A stretch of DNA of 64,000 nucleotides from Candidatus Aenigmatarchaeota archaeon. GTDB taxonomy: Archaea; Aenigmatarchaeota; Aenigmatarchaeia; GW2011-AR5. The position numbers and the translations under genes were made by a program. Within the stretch, counting starts at the first letter, position 1; the number at the start of each line of letters is the position of its first letter. Location of the stretch: contig JACPJW010000001.1 of NCBI GenBank assembly GCA_016187335.1, positions 704,001-768,000 on the forward strand, in the 5' to 3' direction. Of the stretch, positions 18,435-28,238 are shown in pieces. Under the pieces are notes generated by a model that saw only the letters and a program-made list of their open reading frames with translations, was not told the origin of the DNA and did no database searches.

Positions 18435-18882
18435 TATCCGCAATAGTGGCATTCACCGCTTTCCTTATTGCGTGCGGCGATATTTTTATCAGATGCTGCT
18501 CGGAGCCGCCGCCGGCATAGCATAAGTCCATTTTCATGACGTCGCTGTCTATTATCGTTTTCAGCCCGGTGCCCACAGGCGGCACGGCACCGGCTTTGTA
18601 GCCTGTCAGCTTCAAAACTTCCTCGGGCGACGCAGTGTTTATTGTTTCGCCGGTGATTTTTTCTATTTTCTCGTGGGAAACCTTGCTGCCGCCCTTTACG
18701 ATGCCTATCACGCCGGAACCGCTCCTGGAAATGAAAACAACGCTCTTGACAATGCGGTCTATGTCGATGCCCATCACGCCGGCAGCCATGCGCGCGGTTT
18801 TCGTTTCGCCGGGCATCTCCATGATTTCAGCGGGAATCTTGTTTTTTGCCAGAAAATCCTGCAGGTCAAGGTGGTCTTTCAT
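18424..18882 (-). CDS. ybaK: YbaK/EbsC family aminoacyl-tRNA deacylase
   Basis: RIVKSVVF, TGYKAGAVPPVG, YAGGGS. Confidence 0.92.
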   Translation of the reverse strand: MKDHLDLQDFLAKNKIPAEIMEMPGETKTARMAAGVMGIDIDRIVKSVVFISRSGSGVIGIVKGGSKVSHEKIEKITGETINTASPEEVLKLTGYKAGAVPPVGTGLKTIIDSDVMKMDLCYAGGGSEQHLIKISPHAIRKAVNATIADIKK

Positions 18883-18959
18883 ATATAATAAGTAAACCCA
18901 GCATATGTTTTAATCCTTGGAGAACGCAGTCAAAAATTAAATTAAAAAATAAAAAATCT

Positions 18960-19181
18960 TCATCTTTTTCTTCGTCTTTTTGCTCCGCCAGCCGCTTTCT
19001 TAGGCTTCATCATCCATCCTAGCCATGCTCCTGCAACCAGCAGCACAACGCCCAGAACCTGGTGAACAGAATGCTCAAGTCCCAGACCGAGGCCGTAAGA
19101 CACGTGCATTGCGTGCGGAGCCAGCGCGTAGAACAGCCCTAAAAGTACCAGTACAACCCCGATAACTTTTTGTCCTTCCAC
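18960..19181 (-). CDS. Small two-TM membrane protein with a basic tail
   Basis: GGAGGTG Shine-Dalgarno, two hydrophobic segments. Confidence 0.6.
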   Translation of the reverse strand: MEGQKVIGVVLVLLGLFYALAPHAMHVSYGLGLGLEHSVHQVLGVVLLVAGAWLGWMMKPKKAAGGAKRRRKR

Positions 19182-19196
19182 TTATGGCACCTCCAT

Positions 19197-19226
19197 TGCA
19201 ACTTTTTAGAAAAAAGTTGCATCAAA
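19197..19226 (+). repeat. Family-A hairpin repeat, intergenic
   Basis: TGCAACTTTTTAGAAAAAGTTGCATCAAAA. Confidence 0.8.
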
Positions 19227-19337
19227 AAATCAGACTTTTCAGAAAACAGCTTCCTGTTGCTGAAAAGTTCCTGAATTTATTTGTTTTTGGGGGTTTATAA
19301 AGAAAAATAAGAATCTTTCTCAAGATTATTACCTTAC

Positions 19338-19540
19338 GCCACGCTAGCTCAGTAAGCCCTTTTCTTGGAAAGAAAAGCGCTTGCGGAAAAAGAACATATT
19401 AGGAAAAGGGCTGGAGAATGGTAGAGCGTTAGTGAAATGACACCGCTAAACCTTGGTAAGGAACTTTTCAAAAAAGTTCCATCAAAACGGAAAAACCAAC
19501 AAAGAGGTAAAGGCCCCGAGTTCGATCCTCGGGCGTGGCT
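19338..19540 (+). tRNA. tRNA-Thr(GGU) with three introns: 16/17 (19354-19418), 28/29 (19431-19449), 37/38 (19459-19504)
   Basis: 73-nt mature cloverleaf, acceptor GCCACGC/GCGUGGC, U73, anticodon arm UUACC-UUGGUAA-GGUAA; AGCG/CGCU central helix at 28/29. Confidence 0.88.
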
Positions 19541-19543
19541 TTT

Positions 19544-19680
19544 TATACAAGGAGAATACCACTGTTTTCAAACAGTGGTATTATAATGGTATTCTCCTGT
19601 ATAACATAATCCACAAATAACATATGTGGTATTTCTCCGAAATACCACCGACTTTAGTCGGTGGATTATGTTTATAAAAC
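19544..19680. repeat. ~136-bp multi-hairpin repeat (family C), copy 1, abutting the 3' end of tRNA-Thr(GGU)
   Basis: Aligns by eye over its full length with 41271-41406; internal inverted repeats GGAGAATACCA/TGGTATTCTCC and GGTATTTC/GAAATACC. Confidence 0.85.
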
Positions 19681-19698
19681 CCGACCGAATCATTAATT

Positions 19699-20220
19699 AT
19701 GAGAGTCAGTCTGTACATGGCAATGTCGGCCAATGGGATTATTGCAAGAGAAAACTACGACGAGGATTTTCTTTCTCACAGGAACTGGGAAGTCTTTTGC
19801 AAACTTGCTGAAAACATAGGATGCTTCATAATTGGCAGGAAAACCTACGAAGTCGTAAAGAAATGGAAGGACTACAATTTTGACAGCGTAAAAGCGAAGA
19901 AGATTGTGGTTTCGAAAAATATGAATTTTGAATTAGACAGCGGCTATACCCCTGCAAAATCACCGAAGGATGCAATCAGCAAGGCTTCTGCAATGGGCTT
20001 CAAAAAAGTTCTTCTTACGGGAGGAAGCGGAATTAACAGTGCTTTCATGAAAGACGGTTTGGTTGATGAGATTTTACTGAACATAGAGCCGGTAGTTTTA
20101 GGCAAAGGCATAAGGCTTTTTGCAGAAGATAATTTTGATTCTAGACTGAAATTAATTAACACGAGAAAATTGCCAAAAGATATAATCCAGCTTCATTACA
20201 AGGTAAAAAAATCTAAGTGA
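19699..20220 (+). CDS. Dihydrofolate reductase / RibD C-terminal family protein
   Basis: LYMAMSANGII, IIGRKTYE, LTGGSGI, GLVDEILLNIEPVVLGKG. Confidence 0.88.
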   Translation: MRVSLYMAMSANGIIARENYDEDFLSHRNWEVFCKLAENIGCFIIGRKTYEVVKKWKDYNFDSVKAKKIVVSKNMNFELDSGYTPAKSPKDAISKASAMGFKKVLLTGGSGINSAFMKDGLVDEILLNIEPVVLGKGIRLFAEDNFDSRLKLINTRKLPKDIIQLHYKVKKSK

Positions 20221-20243
20221 AACAAAAAATAAAAACAAAAAAC

Positions 20244-20525
20244 TTATCTCATCTCTGAAATTCCTTCATAAATCAGGAACACGACTGCCAGCAAAGCTGA
20301 AACTGCCCCGAGCATCTCCAGCAGGTTCTTCAGGCCGTTGTAGACCCCGGAAAATTCCCCGAAAGGCGGTGTGAGGGCGAACACAGCTGATGCTGCCAGC
20401 AAAACTCCGGCACCCGCCAGGAACTTGAAGGCGCGCTCGCGCTTCTGCTTGTACTTGGCCCATTCTGCAAGGCCTGTTATGAGAAGCAGTGCGACTCCGA
20501 GTCCGACGGTTCCTTCAAAAACCAT
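20244..20525 (-). CDS. Small three-TM membrane protein
   Basis: 93-aa hydrophobic ORF with an AGGTGA Shine-Dalgarno. Confidence 0.6.
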   Translation of the reverse strand: MVFEGTVGLGVALLLITGLAEWAKYKQKRERAFKFLAGAGVLLAASAVFALTPPFGEFSGVYNGLKNLLEMLGAVSALLAVVFLIYEGISEMR

Positions 20526-20639
20526 CTTCTCACCTTATGATATTTCCTTTTTCCTGACTAAAAAGCTTCCTTGCATTGCAGAAGCATTACAAAAGAATTA
20601 CGGCTGCAGCAAGAAGCCAGACTTGCATTCATGTCTTGA

Positions 20640-21002
20640 TTATTTTTTCAGTTTCCTGTACATTTCTTCCACGTTCCTGCGGCAAACATAGTCATGGTGG
20701 CGGAATCCGCCGCCCATTGATTTCGGTATGTGCATCAGTTCGTGTATTATGGTTTTTGCCTTCTCTTCTTCACTGAGCCTGTCAAATTTTTCTGAGATAA
20801 CCTCGATGACATAATGCGCTTTCACGCCCAGTGCTTTTTGCAGCACGCGCGACAGGGCGTGGCAGCGCGCCAGCGTATGCCTGCTTTTGGAGCCTGTGCT
20901 GCGCATGAAGACAACGCGTGAGAAGTCATGCCTGAAGCTGAGCGCTGCTGATATTTCCTTTGCTTTTCTCTCCAGCTCGGGGTCGGGAAAATATTTTATC
21001 AT
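20640..21002 (-). CDS. Predicted metallopeptidase (HExxH), archaeal COG4900-like
   Basis: YVIEVISEKFDRLS...IIHELMHIP; start re-chosen at MIKYF because the longer ORF runs into a family-A repeat. Confidence 0.75.
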   Translation of the reverse strand: MIKYFPDPELERKAKEISAALSFRHDFSRVVFMRSTGSKSRHTLARCHALSRVLQKALGVKAHYVIEVISEKFDRLSEEEKAKTIIHELMHIPKSMGGGFRHHDYVCRRNVEEMYRKLKK

Positions 21003-21035
21003 GGCACCACTTTCTATCAACACTAGCCTCTTTTG

Positions 21036-21080
21036 TTTTTGATCAAACTTTCTTTTGATCAAACTTTTCAGAAAAGTTTG
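21036..21080 (-). repeat. Family-A hairpin repeat with a partial tandem copy, between pyrH and the metallopeptidase
   Basis: TTTTTGATCAAACTTTCTTTTGATCAAACTTTTCAGAAAAGTTTG on the plus strand. Confidence 0.8.
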
Positions 21081-21105
21081 AAAGTTTCTTGGAGCAGCAA
21101 AGTTT

Positions 21106-21789
21106 CTATCTTATCCTCGTCCCTGCAAAATCCTTCCCTTCAAGGCAGTTTTCCAGGTTCTTCATCTTCTTTCCGTTAATAATGACCACTTCCATCCCGA
21201 GCTTTTCCGCTTTTCTTGCCGCGTTAGGGTCCAGGGGCGCGTTCATGCCGGGTTCCCACCATTTTGGCAGCAGATTCCTGAATTCATTCCATGTCAGATT
21301 CTTCATCGGCTTTGCGCCCCTGAATTTTCTCGGGTCTTTGTCGTAAACGTAATCCACGTCTGTCATGTTGACGAGTTTCTTTATGCCAAGATTTTCAGCA
21401 AGCAGCACGGCATCGGAATCCGTGCTGAAGCCCGGCTTCCATCCCGCGGCTATAAGGATTTTCTCTTTGAAAATTATCTTTTCCTTGGGGTTCTTCACTA
21501 TCTTGGGATGCGCATGGCCGCGGAATACTGTCCTGAGAAGATGTGCGTTCAGCCTCGTGCTGTGGATGCCGAGCCAGTCCAGGTCTTCTTTTGCCGTGTC
21601 AACGGCTGATTTTGATGCTTCCTGGTATTTCCTCGCGGTTCTTCCGCCGCCGCACATGATGGCAAACCGCCTGCCTTTCCTTGTCTGCTTCAGAATCAGG
21701 CTCCTGAAATTTTTCAAAAAGCCGGTGTCAATTTCATCCGGTACGATTAATGAGCCGCCGACGGAAACAATTATAAGGTTATTATCCAT
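21106..21789 (-). CDS. pyrH: Uridylate kinase, archaeal type
   Basis: IVSVGGSLI, MCGGGRTARKYQ, PGFSTD, VDYVYDKDP. Confidence 0.95.
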   Translation of the reverse strand: MDNNLIIVSVGGSLIVPDEIDTGFLKNFRSLILKQTRKGRRFAIMCGGGRTARKYQEASKSAVDTAKEDLDWLGIHSTRLNAHLLRTVFRGHAHPKIVKNPKEKIIFKEKILIAAGWKPGFSTDSDAVLLAENLGIKKLVNMTDVDYVYDKDPRKFRGAKPMKNLTWNEFRNLLPKWWEPGMNAPLDPNAARKAEKLGMEVVIINGKKMKNLENCLEGKDFAGTRIR

Positions 21790-21828
21790 GTGAATCTGAT
21801 GCCTGCGATGTTTAATAAAATTATCTGA

Positions 21829-22140
21829 TTAATCAGGCTTCCCGGCCTTTGATTCTTTCTTAGCTTCTGCGCGCAGCTTCGGAACGCTGATCTTAAAAGA
21901 ACATTTTTCGCACTTCACAAAGAAAGGGCGCTTCCATTCCGTTTCTGAATAGCCATAGAAGCCGCATTCCGGGCATACGTATTCTGCTCTTGCTTTGCCG
22001 TCGCTCTTTGGCACCAGCACCCTTATCTTGCCTGTCGGCTCTTTCCTGCTGTTTTTTGCCGTCCTGTTCGTATGATACAGGCAGTCCTTGGGCAGGATAT
22101 TGTTCTTTGCGATGTATTCCTCTATTTTCTTGAGTTCCAT
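21829..22140 (-). CDS. Small Zn-finger hypothetical protein
   Basis: CPECG...CEKC; co-oriented with its neighbours. Confidence 0.65.
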   Translation of the reverse strand: MELKKIEEYIAKNNILPKDCLYHTNRTAKNSRKEPTGKIRVLVPKSDGKARAEYVCPECGFYGYSETEWKRPFFVKCEKCSFKISVPKLRAEAKKESKAGKPD

Positions 22141-22228
22141 TAAGAATCACCCCAAAGCGGGAAAAGCCAGATTGATTTATCTTGAACTTATGTTATATTT
22201 ATACATTTTGCAAAACGGAATTTTTTTT

Positions 22229-23050
22229 CTACAGCTTCACCGATGCCGCGAAGAAAGCCAGAAGCGCTATGTTCATTGCAACCTTGCATATCTTCGCGCT
22301 GTACCTTGCGGGAGCCACGGTAGCAGCGATAAAGGCGATGTCGGCAATTACAACGAAGAACAGGTAGACTTGGTTGAACAGCCCGAGCAGATAAGGAACG
22401 AAGCTGAACAGCACCGCGAGAACGATAAAAGCGCTTGCTATCATTTTTGCCTTCAGAACGCCGTACTTGATGGGCAATGTATTTGCGCCGTACTTGTGGT
22501 CGCCCAGGACGTCCTCAATGCTCTTGTAGATTTCCCTGCCCATGTTCGCGAGGAACGCCAGGAAAGCAAGGAGCAACGGGATGAAATAGCTGCCTACGGC
22601 AAGCCCGCCGTAGACAAAGCTCAGGCCCACGAGCGCGCTGACCGCTATGTTTCCGGCAAGAACCATTTTCTTCAGCTTCATTGCGTATGCAAAAAGCATG
22701 GCGGAGACGAAAACAGCCGTGGCAAAAGCGTAAAGATTAATGAAATACGACATTGAGATGCCGAGCAGGAAAAGAACGATGGAATATGTCTTTGCCGTTT
22801 TTGGTGCTATTTTCCCGGAAGGCAGGGGCCTCTCCGGCTTGTTTATCTTGTCAATCTCAATATCATAATAATCATTGATAACCATGCCCGCACCCGATAT
22901 CAGGAAAGCGGAAATCATAGCAAGGATTACAGCATTGCCGGGCACAAGCGCGGCTCCCGCGACTATGGAGCCTATCCACACGGCCACCGAGGTCATAAGG
23001 CCGTTGAGCGGCCGGAGAATCTGCATGTAAGGAAGCATTATTAACTTCAC
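22229..23050 (-). CDS. UbiA-family prenyltransferase, most like digeranylgeranylglyceryl-phosphate synthase
   Basis: NDYYDIEIDKINKPERPLPSG and REIYKSIEDVLGD; multiple TM helices. Confidence 0.85.
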   Translation of the reverse strand: MKLIMLPYMQILRPLNGLMTSVAVWIGSIVAGAALVPGNAVILAMISAFLISGAGMVINDYYDIEIDKINKPERPLPSGKIAPKTAKTYSIVLFLLGISMSYFINLYAFATAVFVSAMLFAYAMKLKKMVLAGNIAVSALVGLSFVYGGLAVGSYFIPLLLAFLAFLANMGREIYKSIEDVLGDHKYGANTLPIKYGVLKAKMIASAFIVLAVLFSFVPYLLGLFNQVYLFFVVIADIAFIAATVAPARYSAKICKVAMNIALLAFFAASVKL

Positions 23051-23089
23051 GCAGCGGATTTTTTAAAGGTTGTATGTTTATCCATACTG

Positions 23090-23545
23090 ATGAAAAAAAC
23101 CGTTGTCGTATGCTCAGGCAATATGAACAGGAGCCCGGCAGTGGAAGCTTACGTGAAACATTTCGCACGGGAGAAAGGAATAAATATAGAAATACGGTCA
23201 GCAGGAATAGAAGACCCGAATGACGGGCTTGCTTTTTATGGAATGCCTTCTACGAGGAGTCGCGCAGGGAAATATCTTCTGGAAAGAGGAATATCAGAAA
23301 TAGAAGAGCACGTGTCGAGGTTTCTTACGCCTGAAATGGTTGAATGGGCGGACATTTTGCTTGCAGTTGATAGAAATACAGAAGCGAGAATTTTGTCAGT
23401 TTATCCACAAGCAAGGCCAAAAGTTACGAGAATAAGCCAGTGTTTGAAAGGAAAATATCCGGATATGGGTGAAAGGTTGGAATATTGGAAAGAACATATA
23501 GAACCCATGTCAAGAGAGTTGTTTGAACTGTTAGCCGGTAATTGA
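23090..23545 (+). CDS. Low-molecular-weight protein-tyrosine-phosphatase family protein
   Basis: P-loop CSGNMNRS, IRSAG, WADILLAVD. Confidence 0.85.
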   Translation: MKKTVVVCSGNMNRSPAVEAYVKHFAREKGINIEIRSAGIEDPNDGLAFYGMPSTRSRAGKYLLERGISEIEEHVSRFLTPEMVEWADILLAVDRNTEARILSVYPQARPKVTRISQCLKGKYPDMGERLEYWKEHIEPMSRELFELLAGN

Positions 23546-23546
23546 A

Positions 23547-23732
23547 TCACGCCTTCGCTCCTCTTCTTTCCTTCGCCTTCAGCCGCAGGTTCTTGGAGCC
23601 GCATTTCCGGCATTTGGCTTTCTTCCTCTTGACCTTGTCCAGTGTCGTGCGCAGCTTCGCGTTGCAGCGCATGCACACGTAAACGTTCTCGTAAAGCCTT
23701 TTTGCCACGATTTCTGGTAACTTTTTTGCCAT
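23547..23732 (-). CDS. rpl40e: 50S ribosomal protein L40e (eL40)
   Basis: VCMRCNAK...KCRKCGSKNLRLK. Confidence 0.9.
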   Translation of the reverse strand: MAKKLPEIVAKRLYENVYVCMRCNAKLRTTLDKVKRKKAKCRKCGSKNLRLKAKERRGAKA

Positions 23733-23932
23733 GATGAAGACCTAATTTTCAGAATATACTGAGCGTTGAACATAATACAACCCAGAAGAATGTTGGTCGC
23801 TGATAATAAGTTCCCCCATCATTCTGAGTTTGTATCTGCCTACAATAAAAGGTTCTTCTACTTTAACGGGAATTTGGAAGGGCTTTTTAGAGGGTTTGGA
23901 ATTCAGTATTGCAGTTTCAAAAACGTTCATCC

Positions 23933-24757
23933 TTAAGCCATTTCCTTCAGTCTTTTTATCCTTAATTCAACGGGCGGGTGCGTGCTGAACAGCGAAGCGA
24001 CGCCGCCTGCTGAGAACGGGTTTATTATGAACATGTGCGCTGTCGCCTCGTTCCCGCCGCGCATCGGCTTCTCTTCCGCGGCTTTCGATATCTTGCCCAG
24101 GGCGGCTGCCAGTGATAATGGGTTTGATATCGCTCCTCCGGTTCTGTCCGCGGCGTATTCCCTGCTGCGCGAAATTGCCATCTGTATGAGCATCGCTGCA
24201 AGCGGCGCAACGATGAAAAGGAGCAGGTAGCTGAAAATATTCCTGTTTTCCCTGTCGCCGAAAAAGAACAAATGCCCTATCCACGTGATTGCGCCCGCCA
24301 TTGTAGCCGCCATGGCCTGCGTGAGCGTGTCCCTGTTTTTGATGTGGGCTATTTCGTGCGCAATCACTCCTTCTATCTCGTCGTCGTCCAGTTTCTCAAC
24401 GAGCCCTTTGGTCACGGCAACGACGCCCTTGCTTGGCGAGCGTCCTGTTGCAAAGGCATTAGGCGTTTCCGTATCAAGGTAGTAAAGGCGCGGCTTCGGT
24501 ACGCCTGCTTTTTCGGCAAGCCGCTCCGTCATCCTCTCTATGTTCCTGTGTTTTTTCGTGTCCAGCGGCTTTGCCTTGTATATCCACAGCACAAAGCGGT
24601 CGGAATACCAGTAAGCGAGGAAATTCATGATTCCTGCGAAAGCCAGGCCAAAAAGCATCCCGCCCGTCCCGCCGAAATAGTAGCCTATAGCCAGGAATAG
24701 AGCGGTCAGGAAAGCCATCAGCGTGAATGTTTTAAGCCATGACATAAAAATCATCAA
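23933..24757 (-). CDS. htpX: Zinc metalloprotease HtpX (M48)
   Basis: PNAFATGRSP, AHEIAHIKNRD, SRSREYAAD, FSTHPP. Confidence 0.96.
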   Translation of the reverse strand: MMIFMSWLKTFTLMAFLTALFLAIGYYFGGTGGMLFGLAFAGIMNFLAYWYSDRFVLWIYKAKPLDTKKHRNIERMTERLAEKAGVPKPRLYYLDTETPNAFATGRSPSKGVVAVTKGLVEKLDDDEIEGVIAHEIAHIKNRDTLTQAMAATMAGAITWIGHLFFFGDRENRNIFSYLLLFIVAPLAAMLIQMAISRSREYAADRTGGAISNPLSLAAALGKISKAAEEKPMRGGNEATAHMFIINPFSAGGVASLFSTHPPVELRIKRLKEMA

Positions 24758-24763
24758 CGATCC

Positions 24764-24791
24764 TTTTGATCAGACTTTTGGGAAAGGTTTG
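24764..24791 (-). repeat. Family-A hairpin repeat, intergenic, degenerate
   Basis: TTTTGATCAGACTTTTGGGAAAGGTTTG on the plus strand. Confidence 0.7.
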
Positions 24792-24822
24792 TCACCGAGG
24801 CAAAAACGGAACGAAATGTTCA

Positions 24823-25413
24823 TTATCTTTTGGGTTTAGCCAGTCTGTTCCGCCTTGATAAATTTCTTGTCAAAATCTTGCCGTACTTTTCCGTCCATGA
24901 TATTTTTCCGGCACGATACTTCTTACCATAATGATTATTTAAGATTTTTAAAATGACGCCGGCTGTTTTTTCCGCACCTGCTGAAGACGTGTCTATTTCG
25001 TAGACGTTTTCGTTTTTCTGCAGGGCTTCTATTGTTGTTCCGTCAAGCATCTCCGCCTCAATGTTTTCCCTTATTTTGGCAGCAGGCCACCCCCTTTTTT
25101 TCAGCCTTTTCTCAAGGGCGTCGGGGTTTGCGCGCAGGACAAAAACGGAACCGGACTTTATCAGGTGAGCAAGGTGGCTTTCAACGATGTTTATCTTGTC
25201 CCCGCTGATGTTTTTCTTCACGGCCTTCTCAAGGTCCTTTTCGTCTATCACCTTCGTTCTTCTTTTTTTGTCGTAGCCGTAGCCGAGCTGTTTTTTCCTC
25301 AGAAGCAGCGGGACAGTTATCAGGTTCGCATCAAGCCTTTTTGCCAGTATTTTCGCTACTTCGGTCTTGCCCGTTCCCGGCGTTCCTGATATCGCTATGA
25401 TTGCTGGTTTCAT
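24823..25413 (-). CDS. Archaeal adenylate kinase / AK6 (Fap7-like) NMP kinase
   Basis: ISGTPGTGKT, IVESHLAH, LEKRLKKRGWPAAKIRENIEAE. Confidence 0.9.
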   Translation of the reverse strand: MKPAIIAISGTPGTGKTEVAKILAKRLDANLITVPLLLRKKQLGYGYDKKRRTKVIDEKDLEKAVKKNISGDKINIVESHLAHLIKSGSVFVLRANPDALEKRLKKRGWPAAKIRENIEAEMLDGTTIEALQKNENVYEIDTSSAGAEKTAGVILKILNNHYGKKYRAGKISWTEKYGKILTRNLSRRNRLAKPKR

Positions 25414-25501
25414 GGATTAGATTCTGTACCAAGGCTTTAAACAAGCAGAAAAGAAATCCAACCGCTTTAAAAAATTAACCGGGATAGTTTGTTTGGTTGT
25501 C

Positions 25502-26455
25502 ATGCTCGAGGAAATATGGACGGAAAAATACAGGCCCAGGCTGCTGAAAGACGTTGTGGGGCAGGAAGAAATAACCAAAAGGCTTGAGTCTTTCGTAAAA
25601 AACCGCACGCTGCCGCACTGCCTTTTCGCGGGCCCTGCCGGCGTGGGAAAAACAACGTGCGCCCTGGCGATAGCCCATGAATTATTCGGCCAGAACTGGA
25701 GAAGCAATTTCCTTGAGCTCAACGCGTCGGATGAAAGGGGCATAGACACCGTGCGCGTGAAGATAAAGGACTTCGCGCGGACAATGCCTCTGGCCGGAAT
25801 GTTCAAGATAGTGTATCTGGACGAGGCAGACTCGCTGACAAAGGACGCGCAGCATGCCCTGCGCAGGACCATGGAGAACTATTCAGCGGCATGCAGGTTC
25901 ATCCTGGCTTGCAACTATTCCTCGCGAATCATACTGCCGATACAGTCCCGCACTGCTGTGTTCCGGTTCTCGCCACTGAGGCAGGAGGATATCGCCGGCT
26001 TTCTAAAAGGAATCGCCTCAGCCGAAGGCCTTGCCGTAGACGAAGCGGCTTACCGTTCCATGGTTTATTTATCGGAAGGCGATATGCGCCGCGCCGTGAA
26101 CATCCTGCAGACAGCTGCGACAATGGACGGCAGCATCACCGAAGAAGTTGTCTATGCCGTGACGAACAGGGCGGACCCGAAGGAAGTTCTGACGATGCTT
26201 GAAAAATCCCTGGCCGGGGATTTCAAGGCCTCAAGAAACCAGCTGCTGAAACTGCTTTATGAAAGGGGGCTTGCAGGCGAGGACATTATAAAAGAGATAT
26301 ACTCGCAGACGTTCTCGCTGAACATTGAGGATGAAAAGAAGCTGGCAATCATAGAAAAGATAGGCGAATATGAGTTCCGCCTGACGGAAGGCAGCAACCC
26401 GCAAATCCAGCTGGAAGCCCTGCTTGCGCAGATAACGCTCGTGGGGAAGAAATAA
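25502..26455 (+). CDS. rfcS: Replication factor C small subunit, no intein
   Basis: WTEKYRP, GPAGVGKTT, LELNASDERG, DEAD, ALRRTME, QSR. Confidence 0.97.
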   Translation: MLEEIWTEKYRPRLLKDVVGQEEITKRLESFVKNRTLPHCLFAGPAGVGKTTCALAIAHELFGQNWRSNFLELNASDERGIDTVRVKIKDFARTMPLAGMFKIVYLDEADSLTKDAQHALRRTMENYSAACRFILACNYSSRIILPIQSRTAVFRFSPLRQEDIAGFLKGIASAEGLAVDEAAYRSMVYLSEGDMRRAVNILQTAATMDGSITEEVVYAVTNRADPKEVLTMLEKSLAGDFKASRNQLLKLLYERGLAGEDIIKEIYSQTFSLNIEDEKKLAIIEKIGEYEFRLTEGSNPQIQLEALLAQITLVGKK

Positions 26456-26653
26456 CTAATGCGTGTATATTCCTGTCGGATAAACTCTGGATGCCCAATA
26501 GGAAAGATATTCCTTGTCTTTTTCGGAAAATGTAAAAGTTTTGAATAGTCTCTCTAGTTCTTTGCGGACTTCTTGACGCGTTCCCGAAAGGTATGTCTCA
26601 AAAGGCCTTTTTTGCCGGCGATTGAAAAGCTGCATGAAGTTTGTCATTCTCAT
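26456..26653 (-). CDS. Small hypothetical protein
   Basis: 65 aa; start overlaps the stop of the upstream coiled-coil gene (ATGA). Confidence 0.45.
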   Translation of the reverse strand: MRMTNFMQLFNRRQKRPFETYLSGTRQEVRKELERLFKTFTFSEKDKEYLSYWASRVYPTGIYTH

Positions 26654-28104
26654 CCCGTCGGCATCTCCTCTTCATGTGACCGCTCCTGAACCACAGTCAC
26701 AGGCTGCTTTCTTCGTATTTCGTTGAGCGCGGCTTTTATCGTTTCCAGGTGCTCCCTGATGTCGTCAAGCCTTTTCACGCTGCTTTCCATCAGGGACATG
26801 TTCTCCTCAACAGACTGGAGCATGCTGCCGTGCCTGTCCAGTATGTCGTCGTAGCTTTTCACGTGGTTCTCGAAGACAAGCATGTTCTGCTCCATCACCT
26901 TCAGGATATTGTACAATTTCTCCAGCGATTCGTCAACGCCTCTGGCGCGGTTTTCAAGCGCAAGGACGGTTTTTTCCGCGGATTTCATGCCGGCCTTCAT
27001 TGAAGGCAGTTCGCCGGATATTTCATTGAGCTTTCTGGAAAGCTTCTGCTGCTCCTCGGCTATTCTTGGATAGCTTGCTTCAATAGTCTCAATATTTCCC
27101 ACTGATGACGATAATTGGCTCAAAGAAGATTTCATTTCTTCAATGTCATTCTGCATCCTTGCAGTGATGTTGTCGTTCGCCTTTGCGTAGTCCTCAAGAA
27201 GCGCTGCATTCCGCTCAGCGGCTTTTAATGAAGCTTCCAGCGACCTTGCGGATTCTGAGAATTCCGAGACTTCTCTGGACACCTTGTCAAGCCTTTCCTC
27301 GCTTATCCTGGCGTAATTGTTCAGCAGCGTTATGTTCTGCTCCGCTGCTTTTATGGCAGCCTCGCTTGATCTTGCCATTGATTCCACGTCGCTGATCCTG
27401 CCGCTGATTTTCGTCATCTTTTCGTCGTTTGCCTTGACAAAGTTTTCCGCAATAATCATGCCCTGCTCCGCGCCTTTCAGGGACGCTTTAAGGGACTGCA
27501 AAGACTCGGACAGGTCATCAGCGCTTTTTTCCAGGAACGTTATTTTCTGGTCGCTGTTTTTTATGAAGTTCTCCGCAAGAATGAAGCTCTGCTCAAAGGA
27601 CTTCTGGCGGGCTTCAAATGACTTCAGTTCGTTTTCCAGGTTGTCTGTTTTTTCCAGGGTCTTGGACATCTTCTCGTCGTTTGATCTCACAAAATTTTCA
27701 GTTAAGATGATGCCCTGCTCCGCTGCTCTTTGCGACGCGGTCAGCGACTTGAGGGAAGAATCTATGCTGCTCACGTGATTTGTCAGGCTGTCCAGCTTCT
27801 TGTCATGCTCCTTCGCAAAATTGTCCAGAAGCAGCAGGTTCTGCTCCGCCGCCTTTATTTTCTGGAACACATACCTTATATCCAGGGTGCCTCTGCTCAT
27901 TATCCGCTGCTCTATCTGGTGAGGAAGCAATTCTCCCTCCAGCCTTGCGTACAGCCCGGTCCTCATGGCTTCGGCGGCAGTCCTGTTCACAGTGGTCTGG
28001 CTGACGCGGTTCGCTTCCGCTATGAGCTTCACCGGCTCGCCGCGGACGTGAGCCCTTACAATGGCTTCCTTCTGTATTTCAGTAAGAGCGCGACCTTTTG
28101 CCAT
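26650..28104 (-). CDS. N-terminal HTH followed by a long coiled coil with 42-aa repeats
   Basis: HTH-like PVKLIAEANRVSQTTVNR; about six repeats of the type SLxAxxKxAEQxxxLxENFxKxNDEK. Confidence 0.75.
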   Translation of the reverse strand: MAKGRALTEIQKEAIVRAHVRGEPVKLIAEANRVSQTTVNRTAAEAMRTGLYARLEGELLPHQIEQRIMSRGTLDIRYVFQKIKAAEQNLLLLDNFAKEHDKKLDSLTNHVSSIDSSLKSLTASQRAAEQGIILTENFVRSNDEKMSKTLEKTDNLENELKSFEARQKSFEQSFILAENFIKNSDQKITFLEKSADDLSESLQSLKASLKGAEQGMIIAENFVKANDEKMTKISGRISDVESMARSSEAAIKAAEQNITLLNNYARISEERLDKVSREVSEFSESARSLEASLKAAERNAALLEDYAKANDNITARMQNDIEEMKSSLSQLSSSVGNIETIEASYPRIAEEQQKLSRKLNEISGELPSMKAGMKSAEKTVLALENRARGVDESLEKLYNILKVMEQNMLVFENHVKSYDDILDRHGSMLQSVEENMSLMESSVKRLDDIREHLETIKAALNEIRRKQPVTVVQERSHEEEMPTG

Positions 28105-28238
28105 GTTTATCTAATTTTCATTAAGCCAGAAATAATTTATAGCCAGTCAGCCCGGGCATCGCAGAACGGAACAATCACAGGGGAATTACAGCAATCAAGC
28201 ATCATAGGGATTTAAGGATTAACATTATTTCTTTAGTT

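Noticed and set aside
23742-23930. 62-aa ORF between htpX and rpl40e
   Set aside because: Fills the gap and may be real, but has no motif or clear Shine-Dalgarno; not supportable as a feature
25502-26455. Possible intein in the RFC small subunit, and at the DxN/C site of RtcB
   Set aside because: Both known intein hot-spots read through uninterrupted (GVGKTTCAL; FDVNCGMR)
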